In this document: positions 26,865 through 36,431 of the stretch, piece after piece
How positions within the stretch are numbered: the stretch's first letter is position 1
Layout of the letters: every line of letters begins with the position of its first letter
Assembly (NCBI GenBank): GCA_965249275.1
Contig: CBDFLQ010000006.1
Coordinates: 256,001-320,000, forward strand
Reading direction: 5' to 3'
Length of the DNA stretch: 64,000 nucleotides
From: Dehalococcoidia bacterium
GTDB taxonomy: Bacteria; Chloroflexota; Dehalococcoidia; Plut-88900
The notes under the pieces: generated by a model
Seen by the model: the letters and a program-made list of their open reading frames with translations, nothing else
Database searches by the model: none
Told to the model about the DNA's origin: nothing
Made by a program: the position numbers and the translations under genes

Positions 26865-28073
26865 CTACAGCACCACCCTCCCTTCCTTCATCTCCGAAAT
26901 CTCCTCCCACGTATACCCCGCCTCCAGCAGCACCTCTTCGGTAGACGCCCCGAACTCCGGGCTCGACGCCCTGGGCGTTAGAGGCGCTCCGTCTATCTGG
27001 AACGGTATAGCCGTTTCCCTCAGATGCCCGAGAACAGGGTGCTCTACCCCTATCACGTACTCATTTGCATTCACCTGCTCCCCCGAAATTACCTCCTCAG
27101 GCTCCGTTACCAGCCCCCAGGCAATGTGTTCGGCATCCAATCGCTCTCCCCACTCTTCCAGCGTCCTTTTCCTGAACTCTACGTCGAATATCTCCACCAT
27201 CGCCGCGCTGTTTTCCCTGCGCGGCTCGATCACTGAGAACCGGGCGTCCTCAGTCAAGTCTTCTCTTCCAATTGCCCGGCAGATGTTCGGCCAGAATCGG
27301 TCTCCCTGCAGAACAGTCATGTAAATCCAGCGATTGTCCGAAGTGTTGTAGATATTGACCAGCGGGTTCGGCGGACTCTTTCTCGAATACTTCGGAGGTG
27401 TCTTACCCGTTCTCAACGGCGCCCAAAGGTTCTCCGCCGCCACCCACGTGCCGGTGGCCAGCAGGGACCCATCCACCAATCCTCCTTCTCCCGTCCTTTC
27501 CTTCCTGAATAGCGCGGCCATCATCCCCGCAAATAGAAACGTTCCCGTCGACACATCTCCCAGCGACCCCCTCATCCTGACAGGTACCGCCTCAGGGTCC
27601 CCTATCGATGCCATAATTCCCGAGCGTGCCCAGAATCCTATGGAATCAAACCCCATCCTGTCCTTCTCTGGCCCCCTGGGCCCGAATCCCGTGCCCCGCA
27701 CGTACACGATGTTGGGATTAACTTCCTTAATGGAATCATAATTCACTTTGAGTTTGTCCAGCGTTGACAGCCGAAGATTGGTAATGAAAACGTCGGCCTG
27801 CTTACACAGCGTGTATAGAACTTCACGCCCCTTATCCTGGGACAGGTCCAGCGCAATGCCCCGCTTGCCGCGGTTCATAGTCTCGAACACGTAGTTGGGT
27901 TCTTCCTTGACGGTCGCATCGGTCGGCGTCCAGCCCCGAGCCGGGTCCCCTCCCGACTCCAAATGCTCGACCTTTATCACGTCCGCACCGCAATCCGCCA
28001 TGATCACGCCGCATGCGGGACCCGCCAACCAGATCGCAAGCTCCACGACCTTTACACCCTCTAAAGGCAACAT
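26865..28073 (-). CDS. Family III CoA-transferase
   Basis: PLEGVKVVEL, ADCGADVIKVE, NRGKRGIALDL, GFGPRGP. Confidence 0.93.
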   Translation of the reverse strand: MLPLEGVKVVELAIWLAGPACGVIMADCGADVIKVEHLESGGDPARGWTPTDATVKEEPNYVFETMNRGKRGIALDLSQDKGREVLYTLCKQADVFITNLRLSTLDKLKVNYDSIKEVNPNIVYVRGTGFGPRGPEKDRMGFDSIGFWARSGIMASIGDPEAVPVRMRGSLGDVSTGTFLFAGMMAALFRKERTGEGGLVDGSLLATGTWVAAENLWAPLRTGKTPPKYSRKSPPNPLVNIYNTSDNRWIYMTVLQGDRFWPNICRAIGREDLTEDARFSVIEPRRENSAAMVEIFDVEFRKRTLEEWGERLDAEHIAWGLVTEPEEVISGEQVNANEYVIGVEHPVLGHLRETAIPFQIDGAPLTPRASSPEFGASTEEVLLEAGYTWEEISEMKEGRVVL

Positions 28074-28252
28074 AGGCCCAACTCCCTAAATCTCCGTCTA
28101 GCCTTCCGTCCCGAAAGCCCCACCCCTCCCCGCCTTAGCCGCAGATTATACCAGCAGCCCCCACTACTCCCTCCCTGCCCAAAACAAAGTCCTTTGCTCC
28201 CCACCCCGAATCCAACAGTCTCGTTCAGTCTCATTCCAAGGCTTTTTTTCAC

Positions 28253-28303
28253 TGTCATCGCGAGGCCTTTTTGCTGTCATTCCGAGGCTCCGCGAGGAAT
28301 CTA
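28253..28303 (+). repeat. REP family A with upstream partial head
   Basis: TGTCATCGCGAGGC..TGTCATTCCGAGGCTCCGCGAGGAATCTA. Confidence 0.85.
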
Positions 28304-28444
28304 AGGCATTTGCTGAGTCAAAACCTCAATCTATGCACTACCTCATAGGTAGTGTGGCCATTCCCCACCACAAGCCAACCGCCAACTTGACAAAGCCCAC
28401 CCGCACCCGTAACCATTGCCCCACCCACACCGTCTAGCAAACCC

Positions 28445-28849
28445 ATGAACGTAGAATACGCCTTCCTCTGCGACTACGCAGAGTCTTCCAACAAGCTCAC
28501 TGCCGTAGGCATCGGCATCGACACCATCTACGCAAAGACCGTCCCCGTTGTCCACCAGCAGCTCTTCGCCGTCCTTGGCCTCAATTTCACCATCAACGAG
28601 ACCCGACGCACCAAAACCTTCGAGATGCGCGTGCAGGACGCCGACGCCAGCGACGTCATCCCTCCCATCACAGCCAACCGGGACATCCCCGCCCCTGCCA
28701 AAGGACTGACTTACCGCACCTATCGTACCGTTAACGGCCTCTACGGCCTTCGCTTCCAAAAGTTCGGCGACTATCAGGTCAGCTGGGTCATAGACGGCGT
28801 CGAGGTCTGCACCCGCCACTTCCGCGTCGCCGAGATGCCCCAACCCTAA
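28445..28849 (+). CDS. Hypothetical beta-rich protein (DUF6941-like)
   Basis: VEYAFLCDYA...KL..VG..D.I; F.KFGDY.V....DG. Confidence 0.7.
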   Translation: MNVEYAFLCDYAESSNKLTAVGIGIDTIYAKTVPVVHQQLFAVLGLNFTINETRRTKTFEMRVQDADASDVIPPITANRDIPAPAKGLTYRTYRTVNGLYGLRFQKFGDYQVSWVIDGVEVCTRHFRVAEMPQP

Positions 28850-28908
28850 CCTACCCCCTTGATCGTCCCTTGCGCGGAAACGAACCCACCCCGCCACCCC
28901 TTTTAGGA

Positions 28909-28937
28909 TGTCATCCCGAGGCTCCGCGAGGGATCTA
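28909..28937 (+). repeat. REP family A, compensatory variant
   Basis: TGTCATCCCGAGGCTCCGCGAGGGATCTA. Confidence 0.88.
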
Positions 28938-28997
28938 GGACTTGCCACATCACGTTGTCTTCCCAACCCCTCCTCCCTCCCCCCCGCCCACCAGTCA

Positions 28998-29789
28998 CTA
29001 GGACAACGAAGGCCTAAGCGCCCCGATCCTGTCCACCATCCGAGGAAGAATGTCCCCGGAAGGACCCCGTAACACGACATCACACCGCGCCGATATCACC
29101 GTCTCGTAAGGATTGATCTCAATCAGCACTCCCCCAGCAGCCTTGATCATGCTAGGGAACCCGGCAGCCGGATAAACTTCAGCAGTAGTACCCACCAACA
29201 TCATGCAATCCGACTTCCTAGCCTCCTGCTCACACCTCACCATCACGTCAAACGGTATCGGCTCCCCGAACATGACGGTATCGGATTTGATGATTCCTCC
29301 ACAGTCGACGCACAGGGGCGGGTAGTCGGTTATTTCATAGTCGGCCGCCGACCACCGGGAAGTGCATCCTATACACCGCAGCTTGGTCGAATTGCCGTGA
29401 ATTTCAGCAACATTCTTGCTTCCAGCCTGCTGGTGCAGGTTGTCGACATTCTGGGTGATGATGCACCGCAGATACCCCATCTCCTCCATCTCGGCCATGG
29501 CTAGGTGTCCCGCATTAGGGCGTGCCTGCTCGAAGGTGCTTCGAAACTCCGCCATAGGCCCCTCATCGCTGTTCCGCTCCAACCAATACCCCTCCGGGTC
29601 CTGCAGCATCTTTCGATAGCCGTCCATCTCGGGCTCGCCATACTTCGTCCAGATACCCCCCGGCCCTCTGAACGGCGGGATGCCGCTCTCCACCGACATC
29701 CCCGCCCCGACCAACGCCGTCGCATACTCGCAACCGACTATCAACTCCGCAGCCCAGTCTATCTCCCTCTGCAAATCGACTTCGCTCAC
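28998..29789 (-). CDS. cobB: NAD-dependent protein deacylase (Sir2 family)
   Basis: GAGMSVESGIPPFRG, ITQNVDNLH, EIHG, CxxC..CxxC, VMFGE. Confidence 0.93.
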   Translation of the reverse strand: MSEVDLQREIDWAAELIVGCEYATALVGAGMSVESGIPPFRGPGGIWTKYGEPEMDGYRKMLQDPEGYWLERNSDEGPMAEFRSTFEQARPNAGHLAMAEMEEMGYLRCIITQNVDNLHQQAGSKNVAEIHGNSTKLRCIGCTSRWSAADYEITDYPPLCVDCGGIIKSDTVMFGEPIPFDVMVRCEQEARKSDCMMLVGTTAEVYPAAGFPSMIKAAGGVLIEINPYETVISARCDVVLRGPSGDILPRMVDRIGALRPSLS

Positions 29790-29837
29790 GGTTGCCCCTC
29801 CTTTTTCTGATCAGCCCACGCGTTGCATCTACTGGCT

Positions 29838-31007
29838 CTATGACAGAATGCCTTCCCGCACCCTTAACAGTCTGGCTTGCGACTTAACGCTTTCGTCTAT
29901 TCTGTCGAGGTCGGTAGTAGTCAGAATGGTTTGCTGACTTGCCAGCGCGGTCTTTAGCACCCGCCGACGCCTAGTCTCGTCCAATTCCGACAGGATATCA
30001 TCCAGCAAAAGGATGGGGTCTTCACCGGTCTTGTCAACGAGAATATTGACCTCAGCAAGCTTCAAAGTGGCAACGACAGTCCGCTGCTGCCCCCGAGACC
30101 CGTACAACCCCGTGTCCCGCCCCTCGATTGCAAACTGCACGTCGTCTCGGTGAGGGCCCACCATGGTCGCCCCTTGGCCTATCTCCCTATCAACATTTGC
30201 CGAAAGTCTGGCCTGCATCACGGCCCTGACCTCCTCGGCATCTTCAAGTCGATTGTCTGAAAGCTCCTTGGGATTCGGGAGATAGTTGAGCGAAAAAGTC
30301 TCACCGCCGTCGGTCAACTCGTCATAGATAACCGACCCCAAAGCGGCCATCTCATCAATGATGTGGCTGCGAGACAGGTGTATGAAGGCAGCCTCTTCCG
30401 TCAAAGGCTGGTCCCATACCCTTAGGTGGCTGATTTGACTTCTCCCTTCCCTTATCGACCGGAGAAGATGGTTCCTTTGCGTAAGTATGCGTGCATAGCG
30501 CTGAAGCGCCTTAAGGTATTGCCTGTCCATCTGGGAAATCGTAACGTCCAGGTAGCGCCGCCGCACCGACGGCGGGCCGGTCACAAGGTCCACATCCTGG
30601 GGGTCGAAAAGTACAGCGTTTAGAGTCCCGACCACATCCGACGCCCGACGCGGCACCCCGTTCACCCGGGTCTGCTTGCGAAGATTAAAACTGGACTCCC
30701 CATCCACGCCGGCCTCCCCCCTCTCAGCCACCAGCCCGATCTCCAATTTAGTCGGTTCGCCTCCACTGCTCAGCTGCCCTGTGACTCGTGCCGAGGGCAG
30801 CGGATCATCCAGCGCCTCCCAGTTGATCAGCTCCCGCTCATTTGAAGCCCTCGAAGACTTGGTGGTGGCCAGCATATACACCGCTTCGAGAATGTTTGAC
30901 TTTCCCTGGGCGTTATCGCCCCACAGGATGAATGTCCCCGGACCAAGGGGCAGATTCAGGGAAACGTAGTTTCTAAAGCCCGTGAGGGCCAAGCTTTCCA
31001 GGTACAA
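29838..31007 (-). CDS. recF: DNA replication and repair protein RecF
   Basis: FRNY, GDNAQGKSN, RRRYLD, GPHRDD, SRGQQR, LLLDDILSELD. Confidence 0.97.
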   Translation of the reverse strand: MYLESLALTGFRNYVSLNLPLGPGTFILWGDNAQGKSNILEAVYMLATTKSSRASNERELINWEALDDPLPSARVTGQLSSGGEPTKLEIGLVAERGEAGVDGESSFNLRKQTRVNGVPRRASDVVGTLNAVLFDPQDVDLVTGPPSVRRRYLDVTISQMDRQYLKALQRYARILTQRNHLLRSIREGRSQISHLRVWDQPLTEEAAFIHLSRSHIIDEMAALGSVIYDELTDGGETFSLNYLPNPKELSDNRLEDAEEVRAVMQARLSANVDREIGQGATMVGPHRDDVQFAIEGRDTGLYGSRGQQRTVVATLKLAEVNILVDKTGEDPILLLDDILSELDETRRRRVLKTALASQQTILTTTDLDRIDESVKSQARLLRVREGILS

Positions 31008-31188
31008 AGGCTTTCAACCGCGCAGGAGATTCGGGCCACTACACTCTATTAGTTGTAAGGCCAAAGCCGCAAGACACCTTCGGTCAGACAGAACGATATG
31101 CTCTCGTGCAATATCATCGGCGACATTGCCTCGTTCACGTCCCTTTCGTTCCAAACACCTCTTCCCCAGTCATCACACCTCCCTTAAC

Positions 31189-31240
31189 TGCCATTCCGAG
31201 GCTTCACTAACTGTCATTCCGAGGCTCCGCGAGGAATCTA
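31189..31240 (+). repeat. REP family A with upstream partial head
   Basis: TGCCATTCCGAGGC..TGTCATTCCGAGGCTCCGCGAGGAATCTA. Confidence 0.85.
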
Positions 31241-31395
31241 ACGCGCCCATCCCCCAAACCACCCAATTCTCCACCACTCTGGCCCTTCTCCCCTCTTCCC
31301 ACCCCCGATCCCGAATCCGGGGACGAGGCACCCCTCCCTTATCCCCTCATCCCCTGCCGCGCGAAAGGGGCTAGGACCGTAGGCTCACCGAGACG

Positions 31396-31623
31396 AGTGA
31401 CACCAACCCCTTGCCCCACCCCCCTCCCCCTATAATCTGTCTGTGACCATGCACTTTTCCCCACGTCCAGACCTGCTCCATTTGAGGATGCGCCGGGATT
31501 TCTTCCCAGAACAATCAAACAGGCACGAGCTTTCGATTGTAACAATCAAAAAACCCTCAAATCATGGCAACCCGCCAGCCAGACCTACCGGGGATTGTCC
31601 ACCGTAACCGTCGCATGTAATAT
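31396..31623 (+). promoter_or_regulatory. Two promoter-like sites and a palindromic operator-like site upstream of the FAH gene
   Basis: AGTGACA-N8-TTGCCC..TATAAT (31431); palindrome GATTGTAACAATC (31535-31547); TTGTCC-N17-TAATAT (31595-31623). Confidence 0.5.
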
Positions 31624-31697
31624 GTCCTCGCTCCCACAGGGGCCGCACCACTCCCGGCCCCCGAGCGCCAATCAACGAAACCCCTGGAGACGTATAT

Positions 31698-32453
31698 ATG
31701 AAATTCGCGAGATATGAGGCTAATGGCAGATTAGCCTACGGCGTCGTGGAAGATGGCTCCGTCACCGAGATCGAAGGAAGCATCTACGGTGACATGAGCA
31801 AGACCTCAACCCGTCACAACTTGAATGACGTGAAGCTCCTAGTCCCTTGTGAGCCGACCCAGGTGCTCGCCGTAGGCCTCAACTACGCCAGCCACTTAGG
31901 GGAGCGCAAGAGGCCCGAGGTCCCCGGCATCTTCTTCAAGACTCTCACTTCCCTCCTGGACCCCGAGGGCACCATCGTCCTGCCCCATGACGCCGGCCTC
32001 GTCGAGCATGAGGGCGAACTGGTTATAGTCATTGGCAAGAGGGCCAAGTCCGTGTCCAAGGAGGATGCCCCGGACTACATACTGGGGTACACCGCTGGCA
32101 ACGACGTAAGTTGCAGGCCCTGGCAGCGGGGTGACCTCCAGTGGTGGCGAGCCAAGGGCTCCGACACCTTCGGCCCCCTCGGCCCCTTCATCGACACCGA
32201 AGTCGACCCCTTCAACACCAACCTCGCCGTACGCATCAACGGTGAGACCGCCCAGGAAGGCAGCACCTCCGACCTCATCTTCGACGTCCCGACTATCATT
32301 AGCTTCATAACAGCGTCTATGACCCTGGAACCGGGTGACGTGATCTACACCGGCACCCCCGGCATCCCGGGCTCCACTAAAGACGGGGACACCGTCGAGG
32401 TTGAAGTCCAAGGCGTGGGAGTTTTGCGAAACTACGTAGCCGACGAGGCTTAA
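31698..32453 (+). CDS. Fumarylacetoacetate hydrolase family protein
   Basis: AVGLNY, EHEGEL, GNDVS, RAKGSDTFGPLGP, GDVIYTGTP. Confidence 0.94.
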   Translation: MKFARYEANGRLAYGVVEDGSVTEIEGSIYGDMSKTSTRHNLNDVKLLVPCEPTQVLAVGLNYASHLGERKRPEVPGIFFKTLTSLLDPEGTIVLPHDAGLVEHEGELVIVIGKRAKSVSKEDAPDYILGYTAGNDVSCRPWQRGDLQWWRAKGSDTFGPLGPFIDTEVDPFNTNLAVRINGETAQEGSTSDLIFDVPTIISFITASMTLEPGDVIYTGTPGIPGSTKDGDTVEVEVQGVGVLRNYVADEA

Positions 32454-32482
32454 GCGAAGGTGCCGAGCGACCAGCCCAAACC

Positions 32483-33622
32483 ATGATCATCGATTGCTAT
32501 CCCAGCTCATTCGCCCAGTGGGACTCCGCCGCAGGCTATAAGTCCCGCGCCGAGAAGATGGAGGTAATCCATCGGGAGTTGGCTACCCATCACCAGCCCG
32601 CATGGCGCGCCCGAGATCGCACAGGTGTCGACAACAGTTCGCTCATCAACCCCGACACCGGCGAACTCACCAACGCCGAGTGGACCCGCCACATGGGCCA
32701 GCTTGCTTGGACATACGAGGGCGAGACCTACGTCAAGCAATACTTCCCACCCATGCTCCACAACATGGAATGCCCTCCCGAACTCATGATCGCCGAGATG
32801 GACTACGCAGGCATAGACGCCGGTATCCTCCATACCCACCCCCACAAGGGCAGGTACACCTTCCAGAACGAGTTTCAGCGTAACGTCGTCAACCGCTACC
32901 CTGACCGACTGATGCGCCTGGTAATGGTAGAGGCCCACTCCATTCCTGCCGACCCCGAGAAGGCAGCTGAGGAAGTAGCGTGGGAGGTCTCAAACTCCAA
33001 GAGCCGCTCCGGGTTGCAGTTCATGCCTCGCTACTACTACAGCCCGCCCCTGACAGGCCAGCAGGGCCATCGAGACCCGTGGGACGGCGGCGCTATGCGG
33101 CCCTTCTGGGACCGGGTGGCCAGGCTCGGAGTCCCCGTCTTCTTCACTATGATCGGTAAGGGACTATCAGGTCCGAGCCCCTACGGCCAGGCTCTCCTCG
33201 AAGAGTACATGGACGAGCTCCGAGTGCTGACCCGCTGGATGGAGCGCTACCCGGAGGTCAAAGTGGTCATTACCCACGGCCTCCCGTGGCGCGCTTTCCA
33301 GGACGGTGACCGCATCCGCTTCCCCGACGAGATTTGGTCGATCTTCGAAAACCCCCAGTGCAACATGGAGCTTATGCTCACAATACAAATGGGCGCCATC
33401 TGGGAGTACCCGTGGAAAGAGGCCGAGCCAACCATCGAGGAATGCGTCAAGAGAATCGGCGCACACAGGCTAATGTGGGGCTCAGACTGGCCTATGGTCG
33501 GCCGTTACTGCACCTACAAACAGTCCCTCAACCAGTACCGCAAATACTGCAACTTCCTCTCAACCTCCGAAAGAGCCGACATCCTAGGCGGCACCGCCGC
33601 CCGTGTCATGGGACTGGAATAA
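32483..33622 (+). CDS. Amidohydrolase_2 family protein
   Basis: AEMDYAGID, VVITHG, RLMWGSDWP, ILGGTA. Confidence 0.85.
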   Translation: MIIDCYPSSFAQWDSAAGYKSRAEKMEVIHRELATHHQPAWRARDRTGVDNSSLINPDTGELTNAEWTRHMGQLAWTYEGETYVKQYFPPMLHNMECPPELMIAEMDYAGIDAGILHTHPHKGRYTFQNEFQRNVVNRYPDRLMRLVMVEAHSIPADPEKAAEEVAWEVSNSKSRSGLQFMPRYYYSPPLTGQQGHRDPWDGGAMRPFWDRVARLGVPVFFTMIGKGLSGPSPYGQALLEEYMDELRVLTRWMERYPEVKVVITHGLPWRAFQDGDRIRFPDEIWSIFENPQCNMELMLTIQMGAIWEYPWKEAEPTIEECVKRIGAHRLMWGSDWPMVGRYCTYKQSLNQYRKYCNFLSTSERADILGGTAARVMGLE

Positions 33623-33651
33623 GGGTTATTCCAGTCGGCGAAGGGGCGGGG

Positions 33652-33698
33652 CATTCCGCTCGCCCTGAGCTAAGTCGAAGGGTCTCAAGAGCGGAATG
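33652..33698 (+). repeat. REP family B copy
   Basis: CATTCCGCTC-GCCCTGAGCTAAGTCGAAGGG..GAGCGGAATG. Confidence 0.8.
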
Positions 33699-33729
33699 GG
33701 TGGGGCGGTCCAGTCCCCTCTCCTTCAAT

Positions 33730-33862
33730 AAGACCTTTGCGTGACCGATGTTGGCAGGGCCGGGGCCGCTCGTGCTGAGGCTCTCGAAGTATGAGCGGGG
33801 AGGTGGAGGTCACATCATCTGGACAATACAACAGAGGCAATCTGTAGTTGCACACAGGCCTC
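33730..33862. mobile_element. MITE copy E
   Basis: AAGACCTTTGCGTGAC/GTTGCACACAGGCCTC; flanks TCAAT/TCGAT. Confidence 0.8.
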
Positions 33863-33982
33863 TCGATGGGCCGTAGATGCGCCTCTGGCGTGATAGGGCT
33901 AGCGTCGAAGACTCGCCGAGGAGAGTGAGGGTGAATTGAGTCTATAAGAATTAGACACCTAAAGTGTCGACTCACTGAAAGC

Positions 33983-34786
33983 TCAGGGGAGCGACAGTAC
34001 CCCACCCATCCACCCCACCAGGTCCCCTTCTTCCAACACCCTAATCCCCAACCCCCGAGCCCTCTCCACCTGCTTCTCCGTCGTATACCCATACGCGGCG
34101 AGATAGCAATTCACCCCTAGCCCCTTCGCCGACTCCAAATGTGCCACCTGGTCGTCCACGAAGTGGATATCGGAATAGGAGACCTTGGACGCCTCAGTGA
34201 CCAGCCGCATATGCACGTTCTTGTCTGGGGAAGCCCCGACCATGTCCTTCCCAAGAACATGCCCGTCCGGCAGGGTGAAACCGTTATGCTCCAGGATTCC
34301 CTTGGAAACGACGCTGGGCTTGGAGGTCGTAACGAAGACATTCCCCAAATCGCCCTGACGCTCACTAAGAGCTTGGATCATGCCCGGATACAGGGGGTTG
34401 CGGTCCATCCAACCGGCCTCATCCCGTTCCCGAAAGCCCGCCCGATACCGCTGAAACGCAGCCTCCAGTTCTGGCCCCGACTCCACGCCGAACAAGCCCA
34501 GCAGGTCCGGCAGCCGAGCCTCCAGCGCATCATCGAAGTCCTTCTGGTCGGACATGGGCACCCCTAGATCGAGCAAGTACAGGATCATTAGGTAATCTCG
34601 ACCGTCCCTGATTAAGGGCCTCATCCGGTAGAATCCGTCCTTGAAGTAGTCGGGAACAGGAGAGGCTAGAGGATCGAATTCTTCACCCTTCGCCTGGCAG
34701 AAAGCGCCGTAAGCGGACACAACGCACTCGGCGGCGCTGTCGCATATCACACCGTCAAAATCTAAAGCTATGACGTTGGAGTTCAT
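33983..34786 (-). CDS. HAD family hydrolase
   Basis: ALDFDGVICDS, VTTSK, HFVDD, YLAAYGY. Confidence 0.88.
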   Translation of the reverse strand: MNSNVIALDFDGVICDSAAECVVSAYGAFCQAKGEEFDPLASPVPDYFKDGFYRMRPLIRDGRDYLMILYLLDLGVPMSDQKDFDDALEARLPDLLGLFGVESGPELEAAFQRYRAGFRERDEAGWMDRNPLYPGMIQALSERQGDLGNVFVTTSKPSVVSKGILEHNGFTLPDGHVLGKDMVGASPDKNVHMRLVTEASKVSYSDIHFVDDQVAHLESAKGLGVNCYLAAYGYTTEKQVERARGLGIRVLEEGDLVGWMGGVLSLP

Positions 34787-34914
34787 TATTTACACCTGCA
34801 TGGGAAAGCCTTCTTGCCCTTGAAATGAATTGGGGCAAGAAGGCTTCGGTTGACTGAGATGGCATCGACTATTATCATTGAGTCTACACTACTCACCTTG
34901 AGGGGGACAAAAAC

Positions 34915-35157
34915 ATGCCCTTAGGCGGCTTCATTGGGGGCCCGGGTATAGGCCTGCCCGAGATACTGGTAGTCCTGTTAATAATCGTCATCATCTTCGG
35001 CGTGGGTAAACTGCCCGAGATCGGCGGAGCCTTGGGCAAGGGCATTCGGGAGTTCAAGAAGTCCTCCACCGAGGTAGACAAGGTGATCCAGGACGTCAAG
35101 GAACCCCTCAAGGCCGAGGTTCCTAAGGCCGAGCGGAAGCCCCACATCCCCGAGTAG
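34915..35157 (+). CDS. tatA: Twin-arginine translocase TatA/E
   Basis: GLPEILVVLLIIVIIFGVGKLPEIGGALGKGIREFKK. Confidence 0.95.
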   Translation: MPLGGFIGGPGIGLPEILVVLLIIVIIFGVGKLPEIGGALGKGIREFKKSSTEVDKVIQDVKEPLKAEVPKAERKPHIPE

Positions 35158-35190
35158 CCTCATTCCCGTACCCGTCCGTACCAGGCATCC

Positions 35191-36282
35191 TCAGATTGCC
35201 TGAGAACGCGCCCGAATCCCCTCCACGTCCACCCCCACCTCCAAGGCTATCGCCAGCACCTGATCCCAGTGCTCCTCTCGCACCGGCACCCCCTCCCGAG
35301 ACCTGCGTTCGTATTCCTCTTGTGCCCGCTCGCCGGGCAATACGATCTTCTCGAACCCCGATGCCAATTCGGAGCCTTTCACGTTTCTGATCATCTCGTC
35401 GACTTTTGCCTTGAAGTCATCAAGCGGTTGCAGGTTTCCAACGTTCAAGGCCATTAAGAAGAAGCCGCCGGTCCACGGTTCGTCGGGAGTGGGGAGGAAG
35501 GGAATGGTTTTGGCAGTCGTCCCACCAGATGCAATCCCGGCTAACACGTCAACGAATATAAGCCACCCCATCCCTTTTGGCCCGAGTGGCAGTATCGCAC
35601 CCAGTTGCTCCGAGCCCCGCTTTGATGGATCGACAATTAGTGGCACAGGATCGCCCGTGCGTACTCCGTCAGGCCCGACAAGAGGATCGTCCGGTATCGA
35701 CTCCTTATCCCTTGCCGAAAGCACCACGTGCCCGTGCGAAACCGAGCTCATCGCCCCGTCGAATATGATGGGCCTCTCTGTCCCTGCTGGTACTACAAAG
35801 GCTAAAGGGTTGGTATTGAACACCGGCTCCCGACCTCCCCACCCGGCCACCAAAGGCACCCCGTTGCTCATCGCCAACCCTATGAAATCGTGATCCAGCG
35901 CTCTCATCGCATACGCCGACGCCATCGTGAAGTCGTTGGTGTTGCGCACCCACACGATTCCGACTGTGGACTCCCGAGCCTTTTGAATAGCCAGGTCCAT
36001 ACCCCTGGTAGCGACTATCTGACCCGGACCGCCATTCCCATCTAACAGTGCGTAAGATGGTCCCTCGCTGACCGTCTCCGTCGGTGTTCCAAATCGCACG
36101 GCCCCGCTGCGAATCCACGGGTAAACAAGGTCGATACACGCAATCCCTTGTGTGTCCTTCCCGTGCAGGTCGCCCTGAACAAAGGGCTCGGCAAAGAGAC
36201 CGGCTTCTTCTTCAGACGCGCCTAAAGCCCGCGCCAAGGCTCGATACACCTCACGAAGAAATCCCGCTCTCTCAATCCTCAA
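35191..36282 (-). CDS. Ldh_2 family oxidoreductase (type 2 malate/L-lactate/L-sulfolactate dehydrogenase-like)
   Basis: DLHG..TQG, LDGNGGPG, FNTNPLAF, LPLGPKG, LPGE. Confidence 0.9.
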   Translation of the reverse strand: MRIERAGFLREVYRALARALGASEEEAGLFAEPFVQGDLHGKDTQGIACIDLVYPWIRSGAVRFGTPTETVSEGPSYALLDGNGGPGQIVATRGMDLAIQKARESTVGIVWVRNTNDFTMASAYAMRALDHDFIGLAMSNGVPLVAGWGGREPVFNTNPLAFVVPAGTERPIIFDGAMSSVSHGHVVLSARDKESIPDDPLVGPDGVRTGDPVPLIVDPSKRGSEQLGAILPLGPKGMGWLIFVDVLAGIASGGTTAKTIPFLPTPDEPWTGGFFLMALNVGNLQPLDDFKAKVDEMIRNVKGSELASGFEKIVLPGERAQEEYERRSREGVPVREEHWDQVLAIALEVGVDVEGIRARSQAI

Positions 36283-36340
36283 ACTATCTCCGGATTATTG
36301 TCCAACCTCAGCCCGAGGGCACAAGAAACGGGAGGCTTAT

Positions 36341-36382
36341 CCCCTCTCCCTCGATGGGAGAGGGCTAGGGTGAGGGTGATCC
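36341..36382 (+). repeat. Empty (MITE-free) hairpin repeat, family C
   Basis: CCCCTCTCCC-TCGAT-GGGAGAGGG-CTAGGGTGAGGGTGA; related copies at ~18052, 60001 and 61745. Confidence 0.85.
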
Positions 36383-36431
36383 TAGTTTTGCCCGAACAGT
36401 TGCGCTAAGGGCACTACATCGCGGACCCACG

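Noticed and set aside
28393-28410. AAGCCCACCCG match to the conserved RNA block
   Set aside because: Only 11 nt in C-rich sequence, with none of the other blocks present.
31010-31690. oriC next to recF, or 6S RNA at 31440-31590
   Set aside because: No cluster of TTATCCACA boxes and no dnaA/dnaN; the pairing is branched rather than a 6S-like rod with a central bubble.
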